A program made the translations under genes and the position numbers. A stretch of 64,000 bases of DNA from Glaucostegus cemiculus (Eukaryota): NCBI GenBank assembly GCA_976551045.1, contig CDPCPM010000180.1, positions 31,000,001 through 31,064,000 on the forward strand. The letters are read 5' to 3'. The notes under the pieces were generated by a model. The model was not told the DNA's origin, ran no database searches, and was given only the letters and a program-made list of their open reading frames with translations. Of the stretch, positions 37,590-50,724 are shown in pieces (the first letter of the stretch is position 1; every line of letters begins with the position of its first letter).

Positions 37590-40040
37590 CCCTATGATCA
37601 CCTCAGTTTTTGAACACTATTTTAGTCAATGCTGCAACCACCTACAACGGCCATCAGGTCCCCTATAACTTCCTTGCACAATCACTAGCTCCATCCCTCT
37701 CCTTGGCAAAGGTCTGAAGCTGAACCAAACTCTTCCAAATTTGCTGTCAGACTACATTTTTGCTCCTTCACTATATCACCTAGTGCTTATTTCCAAGTTA
37801 ACACTACTTATGTCCACTCAAGCCTCAGCACTCTGAAAATTCCCTCCATACCTTTGTTAGCTTTGCACTTGATTACTCCAACACTCTCTTAGTTGGTTTC
37901 TCCCCATCCATCCTCTGTAAACCCAAGGCCGTCCAAAACTCTGCTGTCTAATTTCTAACTCACAGAGTCCCATTCACTCATCACTGGTTCCTAGTTAAAT
38001 CAATACTCTCACTTTAAAATTTTTATGCTTGGTATCCAAGCCTTCCCCAATCCTAGTATCACCGCATTCCCCCCCTCCAACTGCCCCCCTTCTCTGTGAT
38101 CTCATAATCTCCTTTAAGTCCTCAACTATCCAAGATATCTGCACTCCTCACTGTCCAGTTTCTCAGTGTAACTGAATTTAATCATTCCACCATACAACTG
38201 TCAAGATTCTAAACTCTCGAGTTCTTGCTCTAAATCAGAATCAGAATCAGAATCAGTTTTATTGTCACAACCATATACATACATAGTATGCATAGGAGAG
38301 AGATACCGTCCTCCTCAGGTGCTCGTCCCATTAAATAACAACCAACAGAGACACACAGACACACTTAACAGAATAAACATTAAAAAACATTAAACATTAA
38401 AAACTACGGAAGTTAAAATTAAATTAATACGCAGATTAAATTGAAAATGGCCGGTAAGTAAATAAATAGTTATTAAAGCGAACAGGCTGGTGTCGGGCAT
38501 TTAAAGTGCTGGTGCATTTCTGTGCACCTAGCACCTCTTAGTGTTAGCAAAGGAAGATGGAGGGATGAGAGAGTTTGCAGTTCTGATGGCTTGCGGAAAG
38601 AAGCTATTGTTCAGCCTGGTCGTTCTTGCCCTGATACACTTAAGCCTCCTCCCTGATGGCAAAATTGTAAAGAGGTGGTGGGAGGGGCGAGAAGGGTCGG
38701 CCATTATGCTTTTGGTCTTCCTCACACAACGGTCTTTGTATATGTCTGCGAGGGATGGAAGCGAGACACCTATGATCCACTCCGCAGCCCTAACTATCTT
38801 CTGGAGGGACTTCCGCCCAGCAGCTGTGCAGCTTCCAAACCAAACAGTGATACATTGGGTTAGGATGCTCTCAATGGTCCCCCTATAGAAGGTTTTCGTG
38901 ACGGAAGGATGGGGGTTTGCTTTCCTCAGTCTCCGCAGGAAGTAGAGGCGTTTCTGAGCTTTCTTCGTGAGGGCCGTAATGTTAGTGGACCAGGTCAGGT
39001 CGTCGGTGATGTGCACCCCCAGGAACTTGGTGCTGCGTACTTGTTCCACAGCAGACCCGTTGATGGTCAGTGGGGCGTGCACACGGTGACCCCTCCTAAA
39101 ATCCACTATCATCTCCTTGGTTTTCTCCACATTCAAGGAGAGGTTGTTGTCATAGCGCCACACGGCTAGTTGTTTCACCTCCTCTCTGTAGTCCGACTCA
39201 TCGTCATTCATGACAAGACCCACCACTGTCGTGTCATCGGCAAATTTAACAATGCGGTTGGAACTGGATTTGGCCTCACAGTCGTGAGTCAACAAGGTGA
39301 ACAGGAGCGGACTGAGCACACAACCCGGTGGGAAGCCAGTGCTCAGTGTGATGGTGCTTGAGGTGTTTTCACCAATTTTGACTGACTGCGGCCAGCAAGT
39401 TAGAAAATCCAGTATCCAGTTGCAGAGGAGAGTTAATGCCCAGAGCGCTCAACTTCCTGATTAGCTGTTGCGGGATGATGGTATTGAAAGCGGAGCTGAA
39501 GTCGATGAATAGCAGTCGGCAGTATGAATCCTTCTTCTCTAAGTGATATAGTGCAGAGTGCATGGCAGAGGAGACTGCATCATCGGTGGACCTGTTTGCC
39601 CGATAAGCATACTGATGAGGATCCAAGGATGGGGGGAGGATGGCTCTAATGTGCTTCATAACTAGCCTCTCAAAGCATTTCATGACTATCGGTGTTAGAG
39701 CTATGGGACGGTAGTCATTCAGACACATTGGAGGAGACTTCTTAGGAACAGGTATGATGGTGGCAGATTTTAGGCACTTAGGAACAACAGCCTGCTGTAG
39801 GGAGATGTTGAAGATGTCAGCCAGTACATCTTTAAGCTGGTCCACACAGTCCCCAAGTATCCGCCCCGGTATGTTATCCGGTCTCGCAGCCTTCCGAGGG
39901 TTAACCTGTAAAAGGGCTTTCCCCACACTGGCTGGGGAAAGCCATAAATATCTCTGCCTTGCTATCCTCTCTTTCCTCCTTTAGAAATATTGAAACTAGT
40001 CTCTTTGACCAGGCTTTTAATTGTCTGCCCCACTTCTTGG
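37590..40040 (+). mobile_element. L2 remnant split by Rex1 copy B
   Basis: The L2 3' region stops at ...ctcgagttcttgctctaaat (38235) and resumes at taaatatctctgccttgc..ctctttgaccaggcttt (39945 onward). Confidence 0.65.
38234..39943 (-). mobile_element. Young 5'-truncated Rex1/Babar LINE, copy B (near-complete RT, one frameshift near 39425)
   Basis: ORF 39369-39926 ([34 protein letters not shown]) and ORF 38528-39319 (LSPLLF..KFADDTT). (GATTCT)n tail. TAAAT flanks both sides. Confidence 0.95.
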
Positions 40041-42067
40041 CTCCTATGGAGAACTTTGGAATATAAAAAAGAGGAAAAGCAGGCAGCATCTAACAGTGAA
40101 GGAACCAGATTTGAATGGATGACCTTAAAGCAGAGCTGAGAAAACGTATGGAAAGGATGGTTTGGAGTTTGAAGGCACGGTGGGGGGGGGGGATCAGAGG
40201 GATTATAATGAATGAGGATCACTGGAGATCTCGGTAATATCCAGGATGCATTCAACAAGCTCACCAAATGCCATTGACTGGATCCCAAGACATTTGGTGG
40301 CCAGAAGACCTTAAACCTGACCTAACTTCGAACATTACAAGTCAAAATTAACATTCACTGCACTCAATGGATCTGAAACAAGCAGTTTCACTAATATTAG
40401 ACTACCGCAGATTCAGATATTAAAGGCTACCAAGGATTCACTGATACTAAAAGCTACCAAATTACTGTGAATTTCAGTCACAGCCTTAAATTAAATTCTG
40501 AAAGAGATCTGGAAATCAGAAATGATTCACCATAATTTTTACTCTTATGTCCTATTTTCTTTGCATTTTGATACTATCAGCAAGGAGATGATGTTACAAG
40601 TCTTTGAGCACACTGATGCGTGAATGATTACCAGCTCCTCATGCACATCATTCTTGATACTGGTGTGTCTTGCAAATATGCTGGCCTCGAATTGGAGCTG
40701 TCACAATAAACCACATCATTGAAATGTCAGAAACCGAGACTATTGAGTGCAGCAACTATGCTGGTAGCTGACCAAAATGGCTGTAAATGTTGCCCACTAA
40801 TTTTTCTCCACCCATAGTGTTTGCAAATGTTCACTTCTGTGCACAGAGTGATGCATATTTAATATTGGAAGATTTACCCAGAAATTCAACTGCACCTATT
40901 TTTAACATGGGAGAACAGGGCTGCATTTAGCATTAAGCCTCCAATGTGCTCCCTACAAACATTGCAAAGTTTGGCTAAAGTCCCATTTGAAACGGGACCT
41001 GCATGGTTCATGATGATGCAGCTGCCAACTTCACTGTGCACTAACCACACTCCCTGTGATAGTCAGCCAGTAACACACATCATGGCTGTCATTCATGAGA
41101 AGGAAAAGCCTCCCAGATTCACCAACAGGGATGGACAAGTCATTGTAAGTGAAGTATTTGGCAGCAGGGATGGCTTATATTGCATGGTGGTGGTGGGGGG
41201 GGGGGGGGGGGGGGGTTGCAGGAGACCTGCCAGGGTTGCAGAAGAACTTGGTAGGATATGGGTCAAGTGGTCTCCTCTAGGAATGAGAATTCCCACAAGA
41301 AATTCTTCTCATCCACAACAAGCTGCACCAGGAGGGAGTGAAACCTTTCCTGTTCATAAATAAAGTTTGGAGTAAGGGAAGCCCCTGTGGAAGTGGAACC
41401 AATGGCTGCCTGCCCTTATGGGAAGCCAGTGATCCTGGCAAATCCTGGTGCCTGAGATGTCACCTGTTCCTCTAGGAAATTGAGGTTATTAAAATCATCT
41501 CCGTGAGAGAGTGCAATGCCTAGGTGATCTCTGATGGAGCAGTGAGCAGCAGGTTGAGATCTACAGTAGCCATTTGAATAGATCCTGTGAAGCCACAGGC
41601 TGAGAGTTAGGGTGACCTTCACCTAGATGGGGAGAGCAGTCCAGGCATGAGACTGTGGTTGAAAATCTCCCCAGAGTAATGTTACGTACCTCAACAATGA
41701 TAGCTTAGGGAATACTGAGCCTGTGAACATATCATTCATCAGAGAGGCCCAGTTAGATTGTGGAGTTCTGTTAGCTCTGTAGGAGAAGATTCTTCTCTGA
41801 TGGGTTCCTTTGCCTCCTGACCTGAGGTCCCCAACTCCCAGAGTGTCCAGCCGCACCCATAACACACCCCACAGTAATGGGGAGGTGCCAGGATGTCACC
41901 ACATAGACACCTATTTAGCGAGTATCTCAGTATCTCAATGCTGGAGAAGACAGTTTTCATTATTTGTAGCACACTCTATGGGCATAGGAAACTATCTGAA
42001 CAGCTTGCAGTCAGTTCATGAAGCTATCCAATCAGAACTCCCAAAGACAGCAGTGTATCCCTTTAAA

Positions 42068-42605
42068 TATTGGTATTGATATTGGTTTATTATTGTCACA
42101 TGTACCAAGATAGTGAAAAGCTTTTTTTTGGCACGCCATCCAGACAGATCGTTGCATATATAATTACAATAAATACATTACTACAGAAAACAGAATGCAG
42201 AATATAGTGTTACAGTTACAGAGAAAATGCAGTGCAGTTAGGCAAACAAAGTGCAAGGACCACATCGAGGCAGATTGGGAGATGAAGAATTCAAGGGTTC
42301 ATCTCTTAATGTATGAAAGGTACATTCAAGAGTATGATAACAGTGGGACAGAAGCTGTCCTTGAGCCTGGTGGTTCATACTCTCAGACTTTTGTATCTCT
42401 GCCCAACGGGTGAGGGGAGCAGAGAGAATGAAAGGGGTGGGAGGAGTCTTTGATTATGTTGGTTGCTTTCCCAAGGCAGCAGGAAGTGAAGATATAGTTA
42501 ATGGAGGGGAGGTTGGTTTGTGTGATGGACTGGGCTGTGTTCACAACTCTCTGCAATTTCTTGCAATCTTGAGCTGAGCAGTTGCCACAGCAAGCTGTCA
42601 TGCAT
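42068..42605 (-). mobile_element. Rex1/Babar 3' fragment, (ACCAAT)n-tail subfamily
   Basis: ORF 42383-42613 GNCSAQDCKKLQRVVNTAQSIT..LPSI..IIKDSSHP and an attggtattgatattggtttatt tail. Confidence 0.85.
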
Positions 42606-43744
42606 TGTAACAATTAATGCCACAAACCAGTGTGATGTACTCCTGGTTCTACAGAGACTGTTCCACCACAGTTGTATCTGCAGCTTTCTGCTCTACTTTA
42701 TCTCAGCACTGGCAAAAGTGGGCAGTACTTTGATGGCATTTGCTACATGCCTAATGGCAGGGAAATATCAGGCAGACACTTGTGTGCAGAAGTGCCCTGG
42801 GACAATCTCACATCTGGTGCGAGTTCACCTGGAAATTATCTCCAGTGTTATCTATTTCAGTTAAGATCACATTTGGAACACATGGCTCCTAGAAAACGGG
42901 TGCTATGCAACCTGTTTTCCAGCTTACTGATTTTAAGCCCTATCAATAATAATCTCTCAAAAAAAAGTTGGAATCCATAATTATAATTCTGACCTGATTA
43001 GGGCAGTGTGCTCACTGGTACAGAAAAGCTGCAATTATTTTAACATGTTAAATACAGATTTACTAACTGGCATTGACTCCCTTTCTGCCATAATCAGCAC
43101 AACATATCTTACACCAGATAATAATGGCCAATAACTTGCTTGATTAATATAACGTGCCCACATAAGAGGTTAGCCATTGGAATGTGCAGCTACACACCTG
43201 AAAGTGCTTTGAGCTCCCTCTGTTGCCATGTACTATCTGTTACTGGAGACACAAGGGACGGCAGATGCTGGAACCTAGAGCAGCAAACTATCTGCTGGTC
43301 GGATCCCTGCATCAGGACTCGCTGTCAATGCATCAGTCCTGATGAAGGGTTTCAACCCGAAACATCAACAATTCCTTTCAACCTGGTGAGTTCTTCCAGC
43401 AGATTGTTTGTTACTTTCTAATACTCATTTGCCATTGATTCCACAAGTTTAGCACTGGCATTGCTTTTTCAGCCTCACAGAGTTTGATTCTTATTCCAAT
43501 AAGCCACCTGTTGTAACTGTGATTTTAAATGCCCACCACATCTGGATTTGGCAGGCAAGAGGCAGATGTGGTTTGGGGTGGGGGTCCTGATACATCACAA
43601 CAACATTAACCAGCTCTGATACTGGCAGAAGCCCATGGTTATCTCCTGTGGAAAAGAGCAGGAGAGAGCATGGAAAGTGAGCATGGGTAGTAATGGCTCA
43701 GGGTGCTTTGTGGCGACCAAGTGCTTTTAATCAGGGGGAGGACA

Positions 43745-43945
43745 GATCCAGGAGGAACAGCATCAGTGGGAGATAGGTCCAGGAGAAACAACATCAGGAG
43801 ATGTTATGTCTGGGTGTAACAGCATCAGGGGTGAGAAGGTCCAAGAGTAACAGCATCAGGAGAGGTCCAGGAGGAACAGCACCAAGCGAGGGTAACTCTA
43901 GGAGTAACAGCATCAGAGGAGGGTAAGTCCAGGAGTAACAAGATC
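43745..43945. repeat. Degenerate minisatellite, about 7 units of ~25-31 bp, core GGTCCAGGAGTAACAGCATCAG
   Basis: Repeated gtccaggag[gat]aacagcatcag units are visible. Confidence 0.85.
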
Positions 43946-44229
43946 CTGGTAGGCAGGCCCTGAAGAAGAGTTCTGGCAGTTCGAGGACATATCCTTTTGA
44001 CCTGCCTATGAACCATTCTTCAGTGTGGCACAGATATTGCCATCAGTAGTGCAGATCAGCAACGGCCCTAGTATACCACAGTCTTGCTTGTTCAACTGAT
44101 GTTTTCCACAAAGTTAACTCACACAAATTTTGATATGCAGTGGCAGCAAACCACAGCAGTATTTCCAAGAGCAGACATTCATTCTATTTGTACAGCATTA
44201 CCTTTACTCAAACTTTGATGGAAAGTATT

Positions 44230-44314
44230 TCATAGCTACTCAACTCATCCCTTCCCCTCCCCCTCCTCCTCCCTGCATTTTGGAGGGGGAGGGGGGATGA
44301 GTTGGGTAGCTATG
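44230..44314. repeat. Inverted repeat/hairpin, ~34-bp arms and ~15-nt loop
   Basis: tcatagctactcaactcatccc(ttc)ccctccccctcc pairs with ggagggggaggggggatgagttgggtagctatga, with one G-U pair and one 3-nt bulge. Confidence 0.9.
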
Positions 44315-44357
44315 AGATGCAAAGTTGCAGAAAAGAACACAAATGCAATGGTGTAGC

Positions 44358-44520
44358 TTAACTTTCCATCCATCAATATAACTTACCACACAATAATCTA
44401 ACTTTTTGACCATCAATTTAACTTTCCATTCATCAATTTAACTTTCTATCCATCAATATGACTTACTGATCACCACTTTTTAACTCTCCATCCATCAACT
44501 TTACTCTCCATCCATCAACC
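44358..44520. repeat. Degenerate ~19-bp minisatellite (TAACTTTCCATCCATCAAT)
   Basis: About 8 imperfect copies are visible. Confidence 0.85.
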
Positions 44521-45520
44521 TTGCACATTCATCTCCACTCTCCTTCCCCCCACTTATTACCTTTCACACGAGATGCTCCTTTATAGGCAGATGTAAAATA
44601 TAAGTCCGCCCCTCAGTATTCCTTGATGTGCTTTTTTGGAAAGCAAAGGAAGTGGAGAAAAAATAAATTATAAACAGAGGCTCGAGAACTGTCAAGTCCA
44701 ATTAAAAATAGTTATCCATTTTAATTATAATGACTAATACTTTAATTATTTCTGTCCCCAGTCATTATTATTCAGTGTGTAAAATCTTGGTATTGAGTGA
44801 AAACTTTGAAATAAATAGGTGGCCTCCTGTTCTCACAAACAAAATTAAAATCTAAGTGATAGTACAATATTACATATTCCATTATGGAAATCTAAGTAGA
44901 ATAATACACAACTTGGTCCATTTTTTGGGAAAAAAAAGTTTACATGAACTGAATAAAGTTTCAGAAACATTCAAAGATTAGTCAATTATCAGCAAAATAT
45001 CATCAGTAGAAATTACATTAGCAAATTAATATATAAAACTTGATAAAACTGTTTCTAAATATGCCTCATAAACATCCCAAAAAGCTAATCTTCAAGGATG
45101 TAGCTTTCTCCCCAAATAGTTGAAATGCAATTTCAGGTCAATCATATGGACTTTTCTCCAACAAAAGCTAGTATGAGTGATAAGAATTTCCACAATTTGA
45201 AGAGAAAATAATCAGATGAAGTCATCACACAACTTCTTACAGGAAGGGACATGCTATCTGTAAACTGCAGATTACAGACTATGAAAAATGTTCTGGTGAT
45301 GGTTTCTCTGCTCTCCACTGCACCCAGTACATAAACACCTGAGAAATAATGACAAAAGAGTCTAGCAGTCTTGAATATGTGAAGGATAATGATCTATAAA
45401 TGCTAGAACATTCAGAATGGAATAAGTAAAACATTTAAACTCTATCTACATTTTACAAATAAGCAGAACTGAGCAGTTTCATTCAATACTTACTTGAAAA
45501 AGGCTCAGTTATGTCAGAAT

Positions 45521-45883
45521 GAGTCACAGAGTCATAAAGTCATACAGCATGGAAACAGATCCTTCGATCCAACCAGTCCATGCTGAGCAAGATGCCCATC
45601 TGAGCTTGTCCCATTTGCTCGCGTTTGGCCCATATCCCTCTAAACCTTTCTTATCCATGTACCTGTCCAGCTGCCTTTTAAATGTTGTTAATGTACCTGC
45701 CTCAACCACTTCCTCTGGCAGCTCACTCCATATACTGACCACCCTCTGGGTGAAAAAGTTGCCCCTCAGGTTCCTATTAAATCTTTCCCCTCTCACTTTA
45801 AACCCATGCCCTCTCGTTCTTGATTCCCAAACCCTGGGAAAAAGACAGTGTGCATTCACCCTATCCCTGCCCCTCACGAGTCA
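45521..45883 (-). mobile_element. CR1 3' fragment with GAGTCA TSD
   Basis: ORF 45524-45877 SRTRGHGFKVRGERFNRNLRGNFFTQRVVSIWSELP. GAGTCA occurs at 45521-45526 and 45878-45883. Confidence 0.92.
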
Positions 45884-48800
45884 ACTAAATAAATGAGGGT
45901 GCACTGAGAAGATGGGATATGGTACCATGCTGATGTATAAATACATTGATCTAAGAAAAAAAAATATTGAAATATGAAAAACAAACTGCCTTCAGCTGTC
46001 ATTTGCAAGGCTGGTTATATTACATAGCATGTGTTTTCCCATTTTTCTTTTTCCATAATGCTGGAATTCAAAAATTGGGAAAATATGAGACCAAATATTG
46101 AGTGATGCTCATTGCAATCCCGAGAGCACTTTGTGGCCTTATTGAAATTTCCAACCATCACCATGAATGTTTCCTGGAAAATGATCCCTCTTTGTATCCA
46201 CAAAGGCATTACACAGTGTTAACATTTGGTTAGAGAGTACGCTACAATTTTATGACACATATGGTCACAAACATATGCTTGGCTACATTAAACATTAATA
46301 ACCAATTAATTCTGTTTCACTTTATCACAACAAATTTTTCAATATTGCAATGAAGATTAATGTGTAAATAATGAATCTGAAATTTATTTTTCATAGTCAA
46401 TAAATGCAACTGTGAATGAAGCATCTTAACCAAAGATTTAGAGTGCTGTCAATTTCTTTATTTCTGTCACAGTACACAAGGATTAAAAATTAGCTACAGC
46501 CTCATAATTCCTGCCCCTGCTTCACAATATTGTGATGATTAGTTGGTTGCCAAGGAGTCAGTTTGGGGGATAAGCCAAACCACTCAATTCAAATGCAAAC
46601 ATGCTGTGTGATTTGTTCAGTGGTGTGTACATTTGTTCTAAGAAAATGACAGACCTATTTATAAAGTACGGATTTCCAAGTTTGTTGCAAAGAACTTACA
46701 AAGGAAAACTGGGTGCATATGGATACAGGAACATAATGGTTAGGTTATTGCACCAACATTCAGATGCCTGGAATCTTGGGAAGAGGAGTTCAAATCCCAT
46801 TAGGTCAGATGGGGAATTAGAATTCAAGTAATTAGATGAATCAGAAATTAAAAGCTGTTTTTGGTGACAATGAAAGTCATGGATGGCCGTAAAAAACCAC
46901 CTAGCTTATTGATGCCCTTCAGAAAAGGAAATATTCCACCGTTCCCTGGTCTGGTCTGTACATGTCTCCCGACCTACCAGTGTGGCTTTCAGTTCAAGGA
47001 ACAAATAAGGATGGGCAATGAATGCTGCCCTTGCCAACAGTGCTGACATACCTTGAATGATCCAAAGAAATGCCATCCATTTTAAAACAAAGTGAAGTAC
47101 ACTGATATACTTCGTCACTCTTATTTGTCAGATGAACAGATCAGAAATCTGGGAGGGAACATCAGAATGCCAATGCAGTCCTCTCCTTGCTTCATTGAGT
47201 GGGAGGTCAGTCCCTGATTCTTTGATCCACTCTCACAAAAGAAATGGAAACCTGATCTTGCAGAATTATCCCATGAAATGACCAGCATCAGACTTAACGA
47301 CCTTGGAAACAACCTATAACTTTCCCTTGACATTCTACACTCAGCAGAGTTTTTCATCAAATTTTATTGGCAGGAGAATATGTGGTGAGGAACCTCCTCT
47401 CATGTCTTCGATCTGGAAGCATTCAAGCCCAGAAACATTGGTGTGTAGGGTGGAATAGGGTTGATCCAGTGATGATGGGTAATGCGCATTCCTTATACTG
47501 AAATGAATTGCCAGGCGGTCCTGATGTTGAGCCTTGTGGCTCATACCACTGGAAATTGTTCTTCCTTCCTCCACATTCAGTGAGGTTCTTTTGCTTCTCA
47601 TTTGGTCCCAGCAGCCAGTTCCTCAGCCTGGTTTCCCTTGAGTGCAGCCAGCAATAGCATCAATTAACAGCAAAGTCCTGGACACGTAGAGAGGGTTGGG
47701 TTGAGTTAAAGATTCAAACTTTCTATCGTTGCCTAACAGTGGGTGGCATTCCTTGGTGAATGTCTTTATACTCACCATACTGGGTGTCACAGGGACTGCT
47801 TTCCAGGCTTACTACAAACACAGAAAAGATCGTCAACTCTTTGCACTTAAACGTACAAAGATTTTTGTTTAGAAGAATTTGGCTGCATGCCAAAACTCTC
47901 ATAGAGTGCCAAACACATTAATCTGCTCTTCATCAAGTCCAGTCGTTCAGGACTGGAGACCCAATACGAGCACTAATATATCAGGTTTTACAGGCTGAGC
48001 TTGAACAGCTGAACAATGGCTGGCTGTTGTAACTCCTGGAAGTAATGTGGTTTCATAGTAAAACATAGGGTGCAAATACAGCCTCTCAGCCATGAGCTGC
48101 ATACCTGTTTTGCAGTCGTAAGATTGACAGAATCAATCACATTAACCTTTTAAGTGGAATTAAGGCAGGAACAGATGGTGTAATGAAGAAGTAGATGTGA
48201 GGGAGATTACAGCTCAAGACCAACACTGACAAGAAATTAGCAGTCTGTTAATCACATGCTATCATTTGTTGTGAATTGAAAAAGGAAGGAAGATAGGAAA
48301 GCTTGAAAGCTAGTCATAAAAAGATGAATTAAACCTCGGCTGTCAAGTCTATGTTCACGTGTCTATGTTTGCTTAGGTTAGCTGGGAAGGGGAAGGGTGT
48401 AACTCAAAAGAGGGGCTCAGCTGAAACAGTCTGAAAACCAGTGTCCCTGACAAGGTGCAGCAGATAAAACCCCGCTACAGTTTAAGTACCCAAATAGATG
48501 TAAAAAAACCAAATCTGCCCTTATCTATCATTCCATCCAGAACTGTTACAAAAATAGATTACCCTTAACATTAAAAAATAATTAGCATTTCTGATTATGC
48601 AGAGATCCAATTACAATGCTTGCCAGAGTATGCAATCTGTGGCAAAGCAATGGTGTTCTTCAATGATCTCAAGGGAAACTCCCAAAAAATATTCCTGAAT
48701 TTCCCCTTTAATGTGATTGATTCCTGTCAAGTGTCAGTTCAAATGGCTCCATCAAGCTGACTCAGAGGCCAATTACATTGAACAATTCTCACACACCAGG

Positions 48801-49299
48801 AAGGATAAAGGACAACATTTTATTAGTTTTCAAAATGTTTCACAGTGAACCAACAGAAAGAATGCATACATATTTGAAGTGAAAGCAGGAAAAAATGTTG
48901 CTATAATAAAAATATTTAAAATTCATCACATTTTGAAAATGTTATGTAAAGAGATTAGAATTCACAAATATACATTTTTTTAAAATCCGTAAACAGTAAT
49001 TATGGTTTAGAAAACCATTTAAAACTCACTCAGACCTCATGCTACAAAGCTAGCATTTCAGGGTACTTCACAGTGAGAGGTGTTTGTAAATTGAAGACTG
49101 TAATCCTTCTCAGTCACATGTATGTTGTAACCCATTTCCAAAATCCCCTTCCATTGCCTTCAGATTTCACTACATCATATATTTTACCAATACAACTGAA
49201 GAAAAATTTCAACTCGCTTAAGTTTACATCAGTTCAGATAATTTCTTCTGGTTTTATTGGAGATGTCTGCAACCAGTGCAAGTCAGGAGAGCTATACCA

Positions 49300-49469
49300 A
49301 TGACAGCAACATTTAAAGGGTACTTGGACATGTACATGGATAGGAAAGGTTTAGAAGGACATGGGCCAAACAAGGGCAAATGGGACCAGCTTGGATGGGA
49401 ATCTTGGTCAGCATGGACCAGTTGGGCTGAAGAGCCTGCTTCCATGCTGTATGACTCTATGACAGCAAC
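49300..49469 (+). mobile_element. Short CR1 3' fragment with an 11-bp TSD
   Basis: CR1 tail gctgtatgactctatgac. ATGACAGCAAC occurs at 49300-49310 and 49459-49469. Confidence 0.9.
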
Positions 49470-50724
49470 TTCAGGATTTCCTAGTTAAACCAAACGTGTG
49501 GAAATCCCAAGGTTACTAGCAGGTGCATGAGAAAAGACAGGAAATTCTAGATATTTGCAGTTATTATGACTGCAAGTTACAGGACTTGTATCTAGTGGAG
49601 GACATCTCTTTGCAAATGGTGGTTAAAAAGGTCATAATGGTTATAATGGTCTGGTGTTCAATACTTGTGTACTCTAGAATCTGAACTTGATTCAAAACGT
49701 GCATGGATTTCAGAACAGAGAGACATGGATCACAAGAGGAATGTTTAAGACAGCAATGTTTGGACTGGTCTTAATAAAGGAGTGACAAAAAATACCTTTG
49801 CCCAGAAACTGAATGACACATATTTAAACTCATTACACTGTCAGTTCAGAGAGCAACAAACCTTTTGTTTGAAGGTTTGGTGCTGAAAGATTCAGCAGCA
49901 CACATGATCCAAGACATCCAGGCCTCATATAAAAAAATCTTTCCCACAGTCTCTGCCATTGTTCAGTGGTTGAAGAAGAAACTTAAGGATTTTCCAGATG
50001 TATGTGATGGATAAATATTATAAATACACCGAAGTAGAAATGAGGTGAACATCTACCCAATTTTAAAAATTCCCTGTACTTAGAACCAACACCATCTCAT
50101 CACCACTGCAGAGTTCCTCTCTATTTTCCCAATAGCTTAAAGAATTGTTATTAGTTATAACAAAGATCTCCAACAACCTATCAAAAATAGCCACTGTACA
50201 CTTTTACCTGTTAACAGATATAAATATGCTTGTTAGCAATGCAAAGTAAGCATAATGTCTGCTTTGAAATTCTGTTTGGGCCAATTTAATGTATATCTAG
50301 TTCTGCAAATGATTCCCAAAGCTTTATTCTAGTCTTCTAATCTTGTAGCACATAATTTGCAATCTGTTTCCACAGCAGCATAGAGATCCCCGATGCATCA
50401 TATCCAGCTGAATGCAGCGTACACGAAAATCTTTCTGACATTTCACAAAATGCCTGCAAAATAATTACCATAGCACACAGGTGTACTTAATATACTGTAC
50501 TGCTTTGACGTAAGGAGGTTATTTTGACTCTCTCGAATTTCATTTCCATTGCTTTATATGTACATACTCTGAGGTAACCCTCTAATCTGTAACAACAGGC
50601 ACTATAGAAGTAAATGGCAGCTCCAATGGAGGATCAGAGGTCAGAAAGCAGTTTATGCTGCTTTGCTTCACGGGTTTCCAGCCCGGGTGGTTGCTGTTCC
50701 TCACAGTCTGGGGGCTCTGACACT

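Noticed and set aside
38541-39361. Plus-strand ORFs overlapping Rex1 copy B
   Set aside because: Antisense shadow ORFs of the RT coding frame.
40944-41363. 139-aa ORF with poly-Gly
   Set aside because: The poly-Gly comes from a G homopolymer in repeat-like DNA, and there is no domain signal.
43745-43945. CRISPR-like array
   Set aside because: The units are degenerate, with 3-9-nt linkers rather than unique spacers, there are no cas genes, and the context is vertebrate. It is an ordinary minisatellite.
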